In this document: positions 13,544 through 25,454 of the stretch, one piece after another | How positions within the stretch are numbered: the stretch's first letter is position 1 | How the letters are laid out: each line of letters starts with the position of its first letter | From: Octopus sinensis | Lineage: Eukaryota | DNA length: 64,000 nucleotides | Direction: 5' to 3' | NCBI RefSeq assembly: GCF_006345805.1 | Contig: NC_043000.1 | Location: forward strand, 20,770,001 to 20,834,000 | Position numbers and translations under genes: made by a program | The notes under the pieces: generated by a model | What the model saw: only the letters and a program-made list of their open reading frames with translations | Database searches by the model: none | Told to the model about the DNA's origin: nothing

Positions 13544-14765
13544 GTAAGTAATGTCTAATATTTGCTTTCAAAGACATAAATTCTACCAAATTCTAGATCT
13601 GATATTTACTTTCAAAGATTACATTTTAATAAATCTATGATAGTTCTAGTTTTGAAGTAATAATTTTGAGACAAAAATCCCAGCTAATGGGAAAAAAAAC
13701 TTTGGTTTCAATCCCTGATGTTTTGATGTTCCAATTTCTGCCCATGTTTTTCCTGTGGATGTGCAAGCTACAAGTGTTCAAATTTAGCATCAGCCATATT
13801 GATCTAACCAGTGTAGAAGGACTTACAAAGATCATGTGCACTGACCTTTCTTTACTAACTCATAAAAAAAAAAGCCTAATTTATAAGTTCATGAACAGAC
13901 CACATAACTTGAACAAAGTGTAAATTCTGCTGTTTTAGACAACATAGCTGAAAGATGAATGTTATTCTCAATTCACAGTTGAATGCTTGCCATGAGAAAG
14001 TTATGTCCATTCAAAAAATACAATACTGAAAATTTATCCAATCCATGGAGACAATAAAAACATTCAATTCTAAAAAAAAGTACTGTCCCAACTAAATCAA
14101 CCCATGCAAACATGGAAAACCAAGAAATGATGTAAAATGTTTGAGAAAAAATAGGCAAAAAAAATAGAAAGAAAAGAAATAACATTTTTAGAACATTGTT
14201 TTCTAAATGCTACATTAGCATCCTCTCATTGGTTGAAAGCATGTTCCATAGTCATATTAAATTCTCACTTGTTTAGTCAACCAATAATTCTTTGGGAAGG
14301 AATCAATGAGTAATATTTTAATCAATAAAACATTTTTTTGAAAAATGGAAACAAGTATCTTGTTTGTTTGGAAATAAACTATTATTTGGAGTTAGTTCAA
14401 CAAAACTACTGAAACCTGAAACTATCGTCATTCACCATAATTATCACCATTAGCACCATTACAATCATCCCTGTTGAATTTAATATTATTGTTATTCATT
14501 TCTCTCATAGGATACTAGAAATAGTATAGGTTTTGGCAGCATTTTGTTATCTCCCTTTGTAGTTTATGTTCAAACCCTGCTGGTATTGGTTTAGCCTTTC
14601 CCTTAGATATTATTGTTGATAATTCAAAAAGCCATTAGAAACAGCAGAACACTAGATTACAGTCTTTAAAGCATTTAATGAATTAAACACTACTTGCTTT
14701 TTTTTTTTTTTTTTTATTTGTTTCAGCTCAAAATTGTGGTCATGCTAGGGCATTGCCATTTTGCT

Positions 14766-14875
14766 AGCTACTAGAATAAGAATAGCTTGGACAAAGTTCA
14801 GAGAGCTCCTACCTCTGCTAGTGACAAAGGTCCTCTCGCTCAGAGTAAAAGGTAGACTGTATGACATGTGTGTGA
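14766..14875 (+). mobile_element. Short RTE fragment
   Basis: TRIRIAWTKFRELLPLLVTKVLSLRVKGRLYD. Confidence 0.85.
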
Positions 14876-15184
14876 ACAGCCATTCAATATGGCTCAATAA
14901 AGAGTCATTCTCACTCTCTTTCATTGCTTTCTCTCTATCTATCTTTCTCTCTCTCCCTCTCTCTCGTACTTAAACTTTTTGACTCTTAAATATGTCCACC
15001 CTCTTTTTGATTTTATTATTCTATTCCCAAACCACATCATTTTCATGAGATTTCTGTCACTGTTACAATTAGAAACATCATAGCACGAGTGTAGAATGTG
15101 ACCACCTTCTTATTGCATAGATGGCTGCACAGGATATGTATCTTTGCTCTACTATCTGTATTGAGTATATGTTTTACTTTCCAG

Positions 15185-15322
15185 GTCTCGTGCAACTAAA
15201 TTCCGGTTAATTCAAAATGAGTGGAGCCCCACAGATACATGGGCCGTTGATAGACTCTACATTGGGCAACAATGTCCTCACATGTGTCATGGTCATGGCA
15301 TTTGTGACAAAGGAGTATGCAG
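15185..15322 (+). CDS. RELN: Reelin-like exon 4 (138 nt, phase 2-2), first part of EGF module
   Basis: tttccag| and |gtgagt. [45 protein letters not shown]. The ORF track shows a different frame here. Confidence 0.93.
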
Positions 15323-16177
15323 GTGAGTTATTGTATTGGTTTTTATGTTGTGAATTGGCAGAGTTCTTGAAATGTCAACCAAAATACCTTGTGGTATCTA
15401 TTCAGGTAATTTGCATTCTGAGTTCAAATCCTACCAGGGTCAACTTTGTCTATGGTCCTTCTCGTTGATGGACTAAAAGACATGTTAGAGTATCAGAAAA
15501 GATGGTGAGTGGTATTTGTTCCAGCTCTTTCTGTTCTGATTTTCCACTCTGTTGAAAGTAACTTGGGCTAGCTCTCCCATTTGAGGACATCTTCTACCTC
15601 CTCTTCTACATTTCTCAGAAGTCCTATGAGGAGTCATGGACACTATCCCTTCCCTTTGACTAGATTGAAAAAATAAATGTGACACATTGTTGATGTCATA
15701 AGAATTTATAAATTCTAAAGAAAATGTGAAATAATTTTTTTTTTTTTGCTCTCGAGGCACACCACATAAAGACATAAATAACAGCATATAAATATATTGG
15801 GTTGAAAATCCCTTTAAAATTAATTAAAATTAATAAAAAATTTAAATTCTGAAAGATATCTCTTCTCTGAAAAAAGGGAAAAAAAAAAAAAAAAAAAAAA
15901 CTTGAAATTTATTTTTTTTTTAAAGAAAAGGAAAGGGAAATGCTGAGGTTGAAGAGTCCCTGGGAAATAAGTTCTGTGATTTGTTTGGATGCAGACGAAG
16001 GGCAGGGAAGGGATTGGAAACGTCATTAAGGTGGGTAGGTGGGGAGTTGTGTTTGTTGGTAGTTTGTCTATTGTTATAACACTGGGATAGTTCTGGTGGG
16101 AGAGGAGATGAGTACGGGGGAGGAGAGACCATCCATGTTATTGTAACTGGTCAGCCCCACGGTCAATGGCATGTATG

Positions 16178-16616
16178 GACTGGCGTAGCTAGGAAACTGG
16201 AAGGCGCTGGAAGTCCCATGGGCAGCCTTTGACTTTTTCTATCTAAAATGGTGGTTTTTCACCCCATTATTTACAAGCTTTTATTTATAGCTTTATGTGG
16301 TATGCCTTGAAAGCCAATATTCCCAAAAAGAAGTAAGTCTATCAATAGGAGGACTGAAGAAGAATTTGGTAAGCTTAATTACCATGTGGAGTAAAGAATT
16401 TGATATTCTACACTCATGCCCTTCATCTGCGTGCAAGAAAGATAAAGTATTGTTGCTTTGAGCAGTGTTGTAGCTAGAATGTGTGCCACTCAGGGTAGCC
16501 CCTGAGTTGGCTAGATCTCCTCTCCAGACCTCAGCTTTTACAGGTTTATACAGGAGACCCAAAAGTGCTACCCCAATAAACCAACTCTCTCTACCCCATC
16601 CCTGGCTACACCATTG
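16178..16616. mobile_element. Possible old MITE
   Basis: Imperfect TIRs gactggcgtagctagg and cctggctacaccattg. No TSD seen. Confidence 0.4.
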
Positions 16617-16904
16617 TTTGGTCACAAGCTAACTGAAATTTATCAAGTCAGTTCAATGATAAAATGTTCAAGTGTTTTATTTGAGATGTAATAGGTTTGT
16701 TCTCTCTACTTCATATTGTTACTCAAATAGTTTTGCCAATTTTTTTATTATTATTTCAATTGATGTTCTTAATGTACTGAATAGTAGTAACAAGATAATA
16801 TAACTTACTTATAATGAAATATATTAATTATATTATATATATATAAAATATGAATTAGAGATAAAACCACTATTATGCAACTCAGTGATAGACATAAACC
16901 TATA

Positions 16905-17082
16905 CATAAATAACAAATTATATATATATATATTATATATATATATATTATATATATAAATATATATATATATTATAAATATATATATATATTATATATA
17001 TATATATATATATATTATAAATATATATATATATTATATATATATATATAAAAAATATATTATTATTTTTTTATATATATAT
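16905..17082. repeat. Compound (TA)n microsatellite
   Basis: Seen directly. Confidence 0.95.
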
Positions 17083-17459
17083 TAGTACAGATGTACATAT
17101 GTTGAGTCAGCAGCTTGGTTTTTCTTTACCATCGAAGTAAATTCATTTCAACTGCATAATTAATGATCTTGAGAAAGACAGAAGCATCACAGGAAATTAC
17201 TTTACTTCCAAATAAGAAAAATCATAAATGCACATTACACAGAAAACTTTTATAAATCAATGAGAAAACCATTTCCATTCCTTGCACTTCTTGTATTTTC
17301 AATCTGCTTTTCTTTGAGTTTACCATGGTTTTGATTATACATATAATCATTTGGCAAGGAGATTATTTAGCTACATAGTGTTTGTGTTTTTCTGCACCAA
17401 ATGAGGGAATTGGACTCGATTGGGGTCATGATTGTCATCATCGTGGTATCAGCAGTAGT

Positions 17460-17696
17460 AAGGCGGCGAGCTGGCAGAAACGGTAGCACGCCGGGCGAAA
17501 TGCTTAGCAGTATTTCGTCTGCCGCTACATTCTGAGTTCAAATTCCGCCAAGGTCGACTTTGCCTTTCATCCTTTCGGGGTCGATTAAATAAGTACCAGT
17601 TACGCACTGGAGTCGATATAATCAACTTAATCCGTTTGTCTGTCCTTGTTTTTCCTCTCTGTGTTTAGCCCCTTGTGGGTAATAAAGAAATAGGTA
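17460..17696 (+). mobile_element. SINE family B (tRNA head plus Meta-like domain). Others at about 690-1230(-), 1600-1830(-), 7255-7740(+), 9720-10265(+), 31240-31440(-) and 59625-59850(+)
   Basis: Head ggcgagctggcagaaac...gagttcaaattccgcc, domain gcctttcatcctttcggggtcgat-aa-taagtaccag. The Meta assignment is from memory. Confidence 0.8.
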
Positions 17697-17818
17697 TCAG
17701 CAGTAGTAAATCCCAGTCAGTTCTGACTGAGCAGACTTATCAATCATCCCAGCTTATTCTTTTTTTTCTTTTTCCACTGTATAGTGTATCTAGAACTACC
17801 TTATTCAATGTGTTCCTT

Positions 17819-17862
17819 TTAATTAATTAATTAATTAATTAATTAATTAATTAATTAATTAA
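17819..17862. repeat. (TTAA)11
   Basis: Seen directly. Confidence 0.95.
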
Positions 17863-18139
17863 ATCAGTAGGGTCTGATTTGAGGGAGATTTGCCTGCTAT
17901 TCCTAACAGACCAATCACACAGGCCAAGAGTTGAGAAAGCTATCATTGATGAAATTGTAAATGGTTAAAAAAAAAGGACTCTGGTTATGGTTAACCTAAC
18001 TGATTTATTGATTGGCCAATCAATTGATTAAATGTTTAACTAGCTGACTTTTGATCATATTCATAATCCTTAAGGTGGCAAGATGGCAGAATTGTTAGTA
18101 TACTGGACAAAATGCTAAGTGATATTTCATCCATCTGCA

Positions 18140-18330
18140 TGTTCATCATCACCATCATCATTGTTTAACATCTGCTTTCCATGCTAGCATGGGTTGGACG
18201 ATTTGACTGAGGACTGGCGAACCAGATGGCTACACCAGGCTCCAGTCTGATCAGGCAGAGTTTCTACAGCTGGATGTCCTTCCTAACGCCAACCACTCCG
18301 AGAGTGTAGTGGGTGATTTTACGTGCCATC
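18140..18330 (-). mobile_element. RTE 3'UTR terminal copy
   Basis: (CAT)n followed by gtttaacatctgctttccatgctagcatgggttggacg. Confidence 0.85.
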
Positions 18331-18687
18331 CATTGAGGTCAACTCTGCCTTCCAGCTTTTCAGGGTCAATAAAATAAATACCAGTTAAGTACTGGTGTTG
18401 ATGTAATCAATTTACCCCTCCCCTGAAATTGAGGGATTTGTACCAAAATTTGAAACCAATATTGATAATCCTTACAAGAGACAAGGCCTGAAATTTGTGG
18501 GAGGAGGACAGTCAATCACATTGGCCCAAGTATTCAACTCGTATGTATTGTATTAACCCTGAAAGGATGAGAGGCAAAGTTGATCTCATTGGAATTTGAA
18601 TTTAGAATGTAAAGTCATGGAATGTTGCTAAATATTTTGTCCATTATTTACATTTGACGGATATTTGTCCTCATCTTGTTTGTTGTT

Positions 18688-18733
18688 AACACAACGTTTC
18701 GGCTGATATACCCTCCATCCTTCATCAGGAGTC
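18688..18733 (-). ncRNA. Minimal type I hammerhead ribozyme-like motif, copy 1
   Basis: GACUC CUGAUGA A GGAUG-loop-CAGCC GAAAC GU U GUGUU. The core is intact, with one mismatch each in stems I and II. Confidence 0.6.
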
Positions 18734-18786
18734 TTGGGGGAAATTTCGAGTCTGGAATGAGAACCCAGGTTCAAAATTTCCCCCAA

Positions 18787-18832
18787 GACACCTGAAGTAG
18801 GCTGGAGGGTATATCAGCCGAAACGTTGTGTT
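18787..18832 (+). ncRNA. Minimal type I hammerhead ribozyme-like motif, copy 2
   Basis: GACAC CUGAAGU A GGCUG-loop-CAGCC GAAAC GU U GUGUU. The stems are intact, but core A9 is changed to U. Confidence 0.55.
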
Positions 18833-19800
18833 AACAACAAACAAGATGAGGACAAATATCCATCAAATGTAAATAATGTAAATAGTGTACATAATTCCTC
18901 ATCTATTAAAAATAGAACTGTATTATTTTGTCCATTGTGCTAATAATTCTGCCAATTTGCCTCCTTAATTATTATAATAATAATAATGAAAGGAGTGAAA
19001 TAGAACCAGTGTGTTTATTATTGACACAATGACCCTCCTCAGATACAATCAACTACATAGAGTATTATCTATAAAAAAGCATAGCAGTGCTATCTATTCT
19101 TTTATTTGCTTCAGTCATTTGACTGCAGCCATGCTGGAGCACCGCCTTTAGTCAAACAAATTGACCCCAGGACTTATTCTTTGTAAGCCTAGTACTTATT
19201 CTATCGGTCTCTTTTGCCGAACTGCTAAGTTATGGGGACATAAATACACCAACATCAGTTGTCAAGCAATGGTGGGAGGACAAACACAGACATACAAACA
19301 CACACACACACACACAACAGGCTTCTTTCAGTTTCCATCTACCAAATCCACTCACAAGGTTTTGGTCGGCCCGAGGCTATAATAGAAGACACTTGCCCAA
19401 GGTGCCACACAGTGGGACTGAACCCAGGACAATGTGGTTGGTAAGCAAGCTACTTACCACACAACCGCTCTTGCATCTATGTTGATATTATAATAATACA
19501 CTTTGTGAAACTACATCTTTAGGTTTAAGCACGATTAAGAAGTTCTCTGCTCAACTAAGTTGTTTCAAGTTTGACCAATACCATCCCTCCTCTGCATGCC
19601 ACCTTGGAAAAGTATCTTCTACCATAGCCATGGGTTGGACAAATCCTTCTGGTCTAGAGTGGTTGAAAATCTACACACGAATGAGTTTATTGTTTTGAGT
19701 GTTTAGAAATCTTATCTTATTGGAACAGTATCAACACCATCTACTCTCAGAGCTATTCTAATAACCAGATATAATTTTCTTACTCCTCCCTCTATTGCAG

Positions 19801-19984
19801 ATGTGATTCTGGTTTTCGGCGAGCAAGTTGTGAACCGTCTAAAATTGCTAAAAATGGTATACAAGCTGATTTTGGGGCAACCTATAGTCCTGAAAATGAC
19901 TTCAGAATCAAAGGTGGAGATACTGTGAGTGGTTATGAAGGATGTGGAACAATTCTGTCTGGAGAATCAATGTATTTCTACAAG
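19801..19984 (+). CDS. RELN: Reelin-like exon 5 (184 nt, phase 2-0), end of EGF module
   Basis: tattgcag| and |gtattt. CDSGFRRASCEPSKIAKNGIQADF...GCGTILSGESMYFYK. Confidence 0.92.
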
Positions 19985-20240
19985 GTATTTCCAAATTAGA
20001 GCAATTCAAAGCTGTATTTAATATTACTCTTTACTCTTTTACTTGTTTCAGTCATTTGACTGTGGCCATGGTGGAGCACTGCCTTTAGTCAAGCAAATCG
20101 ACCCCAGGACTTAGTCTTTGTAAGCCTAGTACCTTTTTTTATCAGTCTCTTTTGCCAAACCACTAAGTTACAGGGACGTAAACACACCACCATTGGTTGT
20201 CAAGCGATGAGGAGGGGGACACAAGCACAGACACACAAGC

Positions 20241-20272
<32 letters not shown>

Positions 20273-21074
20273 TTATATATAACAGGCCGCTTTCAGTTTC
20301 TGTCTACCAAATCCACTCACAAGGGTTTGGTTGGCCCGAGGCTATAGTAGAAGACACTTGCCCCAGGTGCCATGCAGTGGGAATGAACCCAGAACCATGG
20401 TGGTTGGTAAGCAAGCTACTTACCACACAGCCAATGAATTGTTTGTGTTTGTGTATATTAAAGTGTACAGTATATTATAGTCCCATTACAGCTGAGCTTA
20501 GCAGTCCATTTCACACTAGATATTAATCCAGATGACTTATGGATTCTTAAGCACAAATACACACACTCATACAATTATGTTGTGTGTGTGTGTGTGTGTG
20601 TATATATAATCCCACCCATGCTAGCATGGAAGATGGACGTTAAACAAGGATGATGATTTGTATATAGATATATGTATAAACAGCCATGAGCAATGTGTTA
20701 CCATAAAGCAAAAATATAATTGTCACTAAATACAATTAAGGGTGGGAAGACGTCTATTCTGCTAGAAATAAAAGCTAAAATACCTCAATTTTGTTCCCTT
20801 GTAAACATTCCAGAAAAATGGACATTCTTTAATGAAATTTTCCACAAATAACTTTCAGATGGTTTACGTTACAATTACATAGAAATTTAGTGCAGAAAAA
20901 GGGGGAGGAATGGATATTTCATGCATCTCAACTTTGTTTACTCATCAAGACTTGTGATTGAAGTTTGTACTTGAAATACTCATTTATCAAAACTGCATTT
21001 TGATAAAAAATGTATAAAAACTGGAATTTACAAAAATTTTCCTGACAATCTAGAATGTAATAAATAAATAATAA

Positions 21075-21325
21075 ATGCACCCTTTTAAAGCCTAGCCAGT
21101 TTCATGGGCCTGGTTTCCTGGTTTCAATGGCGTATGTGTTCCCCAGCTGAATGGGACACCAGTCCATCATAGCGTTACTTATTTTTGCCAGCTGAGTGGA
21201 CTGGAGCAACGTTAAATGAAGTGTTTTGCTCAAGAACACAACGCGTCACCCAGTCCAGGAATCGAAACCACAATCTTACGATCCTGATGCTGACATCCTA
21301 ACCACTAAGCCATGCGCCTCCACTA
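21075..21325 (-). mobile_element. SINE family C (tRNA head plus V-like domain). Others at about 5921-6370(+), 26870-27092(-) and 30893-31135(+)
   Basis: Minus-strand head ggcgcatggcttagtggttagg...ggtttcgattcc, body ttgagcaaaacactt and gatggactggtgtcccattcag. Confidence 0.75.
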
Positions 21326-21839
21326 TAGAATGTAATAGTAAAAGTTATATAATTCCAACTAATTAATAGGCAGCTTTGCTCATTATTGTACGGCTATTAT
21401 ATACTTAAGATATTATATTGTGCTATGGAATCTGGATGATGGTTATGTAAATGTGTGTCTCTTTTGCTGATGTTTATCAGTGATAGCTGTAAACACTGCT
21501 GAGAACTTTGCAAAAGCAGTACTTATGAATAAAATACATTGTGTGATATTTTTCCCACCCAAGCTATAACTCCAGGCTGAGTGTGTGTGTGTGTGTTATC
21601 CCATCACTTGACAACCAATGTTGTAGAGGAGATATTAAAGAAAGTAGAGCTTTTAATTTATTAGAAGTTAACCTGCTGCAGACCAGTATCTTTCCTCTAT
21701 AAATTTATTCTAGATTTATGTTGTTTAATCTAAGATTTGTTATGACTGAGGTGACCTTTGATCAAAGGCATTCTGGTCACGACCATCCTGGTTTTTCTCT
21801 TAGTTACTGTATATCTAAGACTACATATTGAACACATCC

Positions 21840-22145
21840 CTGTGCCAGTGGCACGTAAAAGGCACCATTCAAGTGTGATCGTTACCAGCATCACCTTACT
21901 GGCACCTGTGCCAGTGGCATGTATAAAAGATTCAAGCGAGATCGTTGCCAGTACTGCCTGACTGGCACGTAAAAGCACCCACTACACTATTGGAGTGGTT
22001 GATGTTAGGAAGGGCATCCAGCTGTGGAAACTCTGCCAGATCAAGATTGAAGCCTGGTGCAGCCATCTGGTTCGCCAGCCCTCAGTCAAAACCGTCCAAC
22101 CCATGCTAGCATGGAAAGCAGACGTTAAACGATGATGATGATGAT
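21840..22145 (+). mobile_element. RTE 3'UTR copy
   Basis: Subrepeats, terminal block and (GAT)n tail. Confidence 0.85.
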
Positions 22146-22261
22146 CCCTTGTTCCCAAAACATATTAGTATACATTTTGGGAGTAATTTCACTGTTGTTT
22201 CTCGTAGACTGAGCAATAATGTAGAGACTTCCTTGTAGTTTCATTTAGTTTGATGTCTTTA

Positions 22262-22620
22262 ATACTGAACAGGACCTGGAACCTAGCAGCAGGTATTTAA
22301 AGGGAAATGCGACAAGACAGTCAGTCGCCTGCTGACACTCAACGCTACATCGAAGAGGCCAGGGAACAGAAGAAAGACAGAGAAAGATGACATGCACTCA
22401 ACACCAGAGCTGAAGACACCTCCGAAAGGGGGGAGGCACCACATCAATACAGTAGAGGAGTAGGGGCCGAAACCGGATGTGGCTCCTCCTGATGATGTCT
22501 TGAGCTAACTGGATCCTATAAAAGGAGCTGTTGTGGTAGCAGACCACGAAACATGGTTGAAATTCTTTTTCCGAGGAGAAATGAGCAAAGGTTTTCGAAG
22601 TACTTCATTGTACTGTTTTA
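22262..22620 (+). mobile_element. Probable Penelope-like 3' terminal fragment hosting the type III candidate; partial inverted copy at 47005-47100
   Basis: About 22317-22420 matches the reverse complement of 47005-47100. An LNR(D)-like remnant near 22265 is only weak support for a GIY-YIG end. Confidence 0.4.
22444..22560 (+). ncRNA. Type III-topology hammerhead ribozyme candidate
   Basis: GUA at 22452-54; stem I GAGGAG/CUCCUC; CUGAUGA at 22489-95; GUCU...AGAC stem II; GAAAC at 22548-52; bulged stem III UCAAUACAGU/ACAUGGUUGA. Confidence 0.5.
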
Positions 22621-22893
22621 TGTTCAGGCTTTAACTTTGCTTTTCATCTTTGAGTGATAAAATGAAGTTCCAGACAAGCATTGTGTCAGTGTAGTTGGTC
22701 ATATTCTTATGCAAAGGTTTGTGGCTTTGTATCTATGTCAAGGGGCAGTCAACCAGCAGAGTCACTACAGTGTCAGACAAATGCCTTGTGGTATTTGTTC
22801 AACTCTTTGCATTCTGTGTTCAAATCCCATTGAGGTCAATTTTCATTCTTCTATTGTTTGTAAAACAAAATACCAGTCAAGTTCTGAGACTGA

Positions 22894-22894
<1 letters not shown>

Positions 22895-22929
<35 letters not shown>

Positions 22930-23108
22930 TTCTTCTCTCTGTCCCCTCTCTCTCTCTCTTCACCCCCCCTCTCTCTCTCCCTCTCCACCCTCTCTATGAC
23001 CCTCTCTCTTTGACACCCTCTGTCCCTTCCCTCTCTGTTCCCTCTCTCTGTCTTCCCTTCTCTCTCTGCCCCTTTCTTTCTCTTTCTCCTCTCTCTCTCT
23101 CTCTTTCT
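22895..23108. repeat. (CT)-rich polypyrimidine tract
   Basis: Seen directly. Confidence 0.95.
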
Positions 23109-23125
23109 GTATTTGTATGTGTATA

Positions 23126-23418
23126 CTAGCAGTATCGCCCGGCGTTGCTCGGGTTTGTAAGGGAAATAACTATATAAGCATTTTTAGAGAGTTACTTGCC
23201 TTATATAATAGCAAAAAAATGCATTAAAAATAGGAAAAAATGATGGTAAATTTTTTTTTTTAATCGTAGACTCATCCTAATACCCAGAAGGGCTTGATAT
23301 GAATCACAACTATAAGATACCCACTTTTGGTTAAACTGCACCGCAAAACGTGGGAGTAGTTAGGAATCTAAATCGTAGGAGACAGGCACTCACACAACTT
23401 CAGTTTTATATATAAAGA
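23126..23418 (-). mobile_element. Internally deleted copy of the same Helitron
   Basis: Same termini on the minus strand (A|TC...CTAG|T), lacking the middle of the 7923 copy. Confidence 0.88.
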
Positions 23419-24747
23419 TATGTGTGTGTATGTATGTGTGTATATATGTATGTGTGTGTGAACAACTCATGGTGTGCAACTGACAATGTTCCTTTCCACC
23501 AACACAACCACTTCCTGCCTATCCCATATAAGGAATGTGTTTCCAAGAGTTTGGCACACGATGTCTGATAACTGACTTTGTCAGAGATCAAAACTGTAAA
23601 TCCAATTTGATATTAAACTTTGGAAACAGATTTCATTTGACTCAAAATCTGATGTTTGCAGTTAATATTTCCATTCATAATTTAGTCACCTCTTCAGTCC
23701 AGTTGTTTGTTTGTGTGTGTGTGGGGGGGGGGTCAAGGTATACATGCTCTCTCTCTCTCTCTCTCTCTCATGCATATGCACTCTCTCTTATACACATGCA
23801 CTCTCCCTCTCTCTCAGACATATGCATATTCTCTCTTTCTCTCATACATGTGCACTCTCACATGCGTGTGCACACATTCTCTCACAAGTACATGCAGGCT
23901 TCCACATAGTTTTCTATCTATCAAATTCATTCATGAGGCTTTGGTCAGCCTGAGATTATAAAAGAAGACAAAGAAGACACTTGCCCGATGAGTGGCACAG
24001 TGGCACTGAACCCAAAACCATGTGGTCACAAAGCAACCTTTATTACCACATGAAAGCCTGCCCCTCTTTTACTCTTTTACTCGTTTCAGTCATTTGACTG
24101 TGGCCATGCTGGAGCACTGCCTTTAGTCGAGCAAATCGACCCCAGGACTTATTCTTTGGAAGCCTAGTACTTACTCTATCGATCTCTTCTGCCGAACTGC
24201 AAAGTTACGGGGACATAAACATACCACCATCAGTTGTCAAGTGATGTTGGGGAGACAAATACAGACACACAAACATATACATAAATATATAAAATTTTAA
24301 ATAATAAGGTTGAAAAATTGAATATTTAATTAATATCAATTTAAGATCAGTGGTCTAGCATATTTTAAAATCTGGTGTTTGCTAAATTTTCTTGAGAACA
24401 TTCCTTTCTTAGTGGTAAGACCATAGCGGATCTTCTTCTAGCATAATGGATATCCATTTACAAGTCATCCCTTTTATATGTATACATATATATATATATA
24501 CACACACACATATATACGACGGGCTTCTTTCAGTTTCTGTCTACAAAATCCACTCACAAGGCTTTGGTCGGCCCGAGGCTGTAGTAGAAGACACTTGCCC
24601 AAGGTGCCACGCATTGGGAATGAACCTATAACCATGTGGTTGGTAAGCAAGCTACTTACCACACAGCCACTTCTGCACATAGGTACAAACTTTAAAAGAA
24701 ATGAAAACTATCAGATTTCTAACAATTGTCCTTTTTATTTCTTAAAG

Positions 24748-24953
24748 GATGGAATCAGGGTACTGACAACTGATGACCTGTATACTTTAGATGATGACTA
24801 CATCCAATTTTACATTCAAATTGGTGGCAATGGCAAGAACTGCAATGGTGCTAATGATCCAAAAGAAGGTATTTTGCTGCAGTATTCCACAAATGCAGGT
24901 ATTTCTTGGAAGACACTTGAAGAACTTGTCTACAATGAATATCGAGAACCTAA
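24748..24953 (+). CDS. RELN: Reelin-like exon 6 (206 nt, phase 0-2)
   Basis: tttcttaaag| and |gtaatt. DGIRVLTTDDLYTLDDDYIQFYIQIGG...ILLQYSTNAGISWKTLEEL. Confidence 0.93.
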
Positions 24954-25454
24954 GTAATTATTTCTTTATTATATTATAAAGTAATTATATCTTAGAAATC
25001 TGTGTTTTTCAAATTGATTGCTTTTTTTGAACTTTGCTTTTTTTTTTTTGTGGTTTTATGTTGTTATTGTGACAAAACTCTGGGTTAGTCTTGATAAGAG
25101 TAAGCCTCACTTATTAAAAGCATTCCAGCTGTGGCCATCACATCCTTTAGATGTATCTGAAGGTGTCCTTTCCTTTTTAAAAAGATAGGCTATGATTAGA
25201 GGGTGAGTCGTTTATTTCTGGCAGGTGAGATGACCCTGTTGTTGCTCCTTCACTGACCTATTGTAAATTTGGTTATAAAATGAGAGCTTTAGAGCAGTTG
25301 TAACCAAAGCCACAATCTGATTTCACCCACTAAATAGAATCACCAGAGGAGCCTTGTGTTTCTCAGCCAAGGTCCACGTTTTCATTAAAATTTATGTGCA
25401 ACAAATAGCTTATACTTCTACAACACAAAATATTTTAACTATTCTTTTATTGGC

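Larger units (their letters stand above)
18642..18878. mobile_element. Palindromic element (about 108-bp arms, about 21-bp spacer), probably an inverted Penelope-like terminus
   Basis: 18642-18749 is the reverse complement of 18771-18878 with a few mismatches, and each arm carries a hammerhead core. Confidence 0.8.

Noticed and set aside
17460-17550. tRNA-like sequences (also at about 4830, 21250 and 59625)
   Set aside because: These are SINE heads with A/B boxes that run into SINE bodies. I could not draw a complete cloverleaf.
20800-21035. Possible MITE with gtaaa..ttccag ends
   Set aside because: The inverted match is too short and gapped, and there is no TSD.
22410-22475. Second CUGAAGA/GAAA pair upstream of the type III candidate
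   Set aside because: No stem II or matching stem I with either downstream GAAA.
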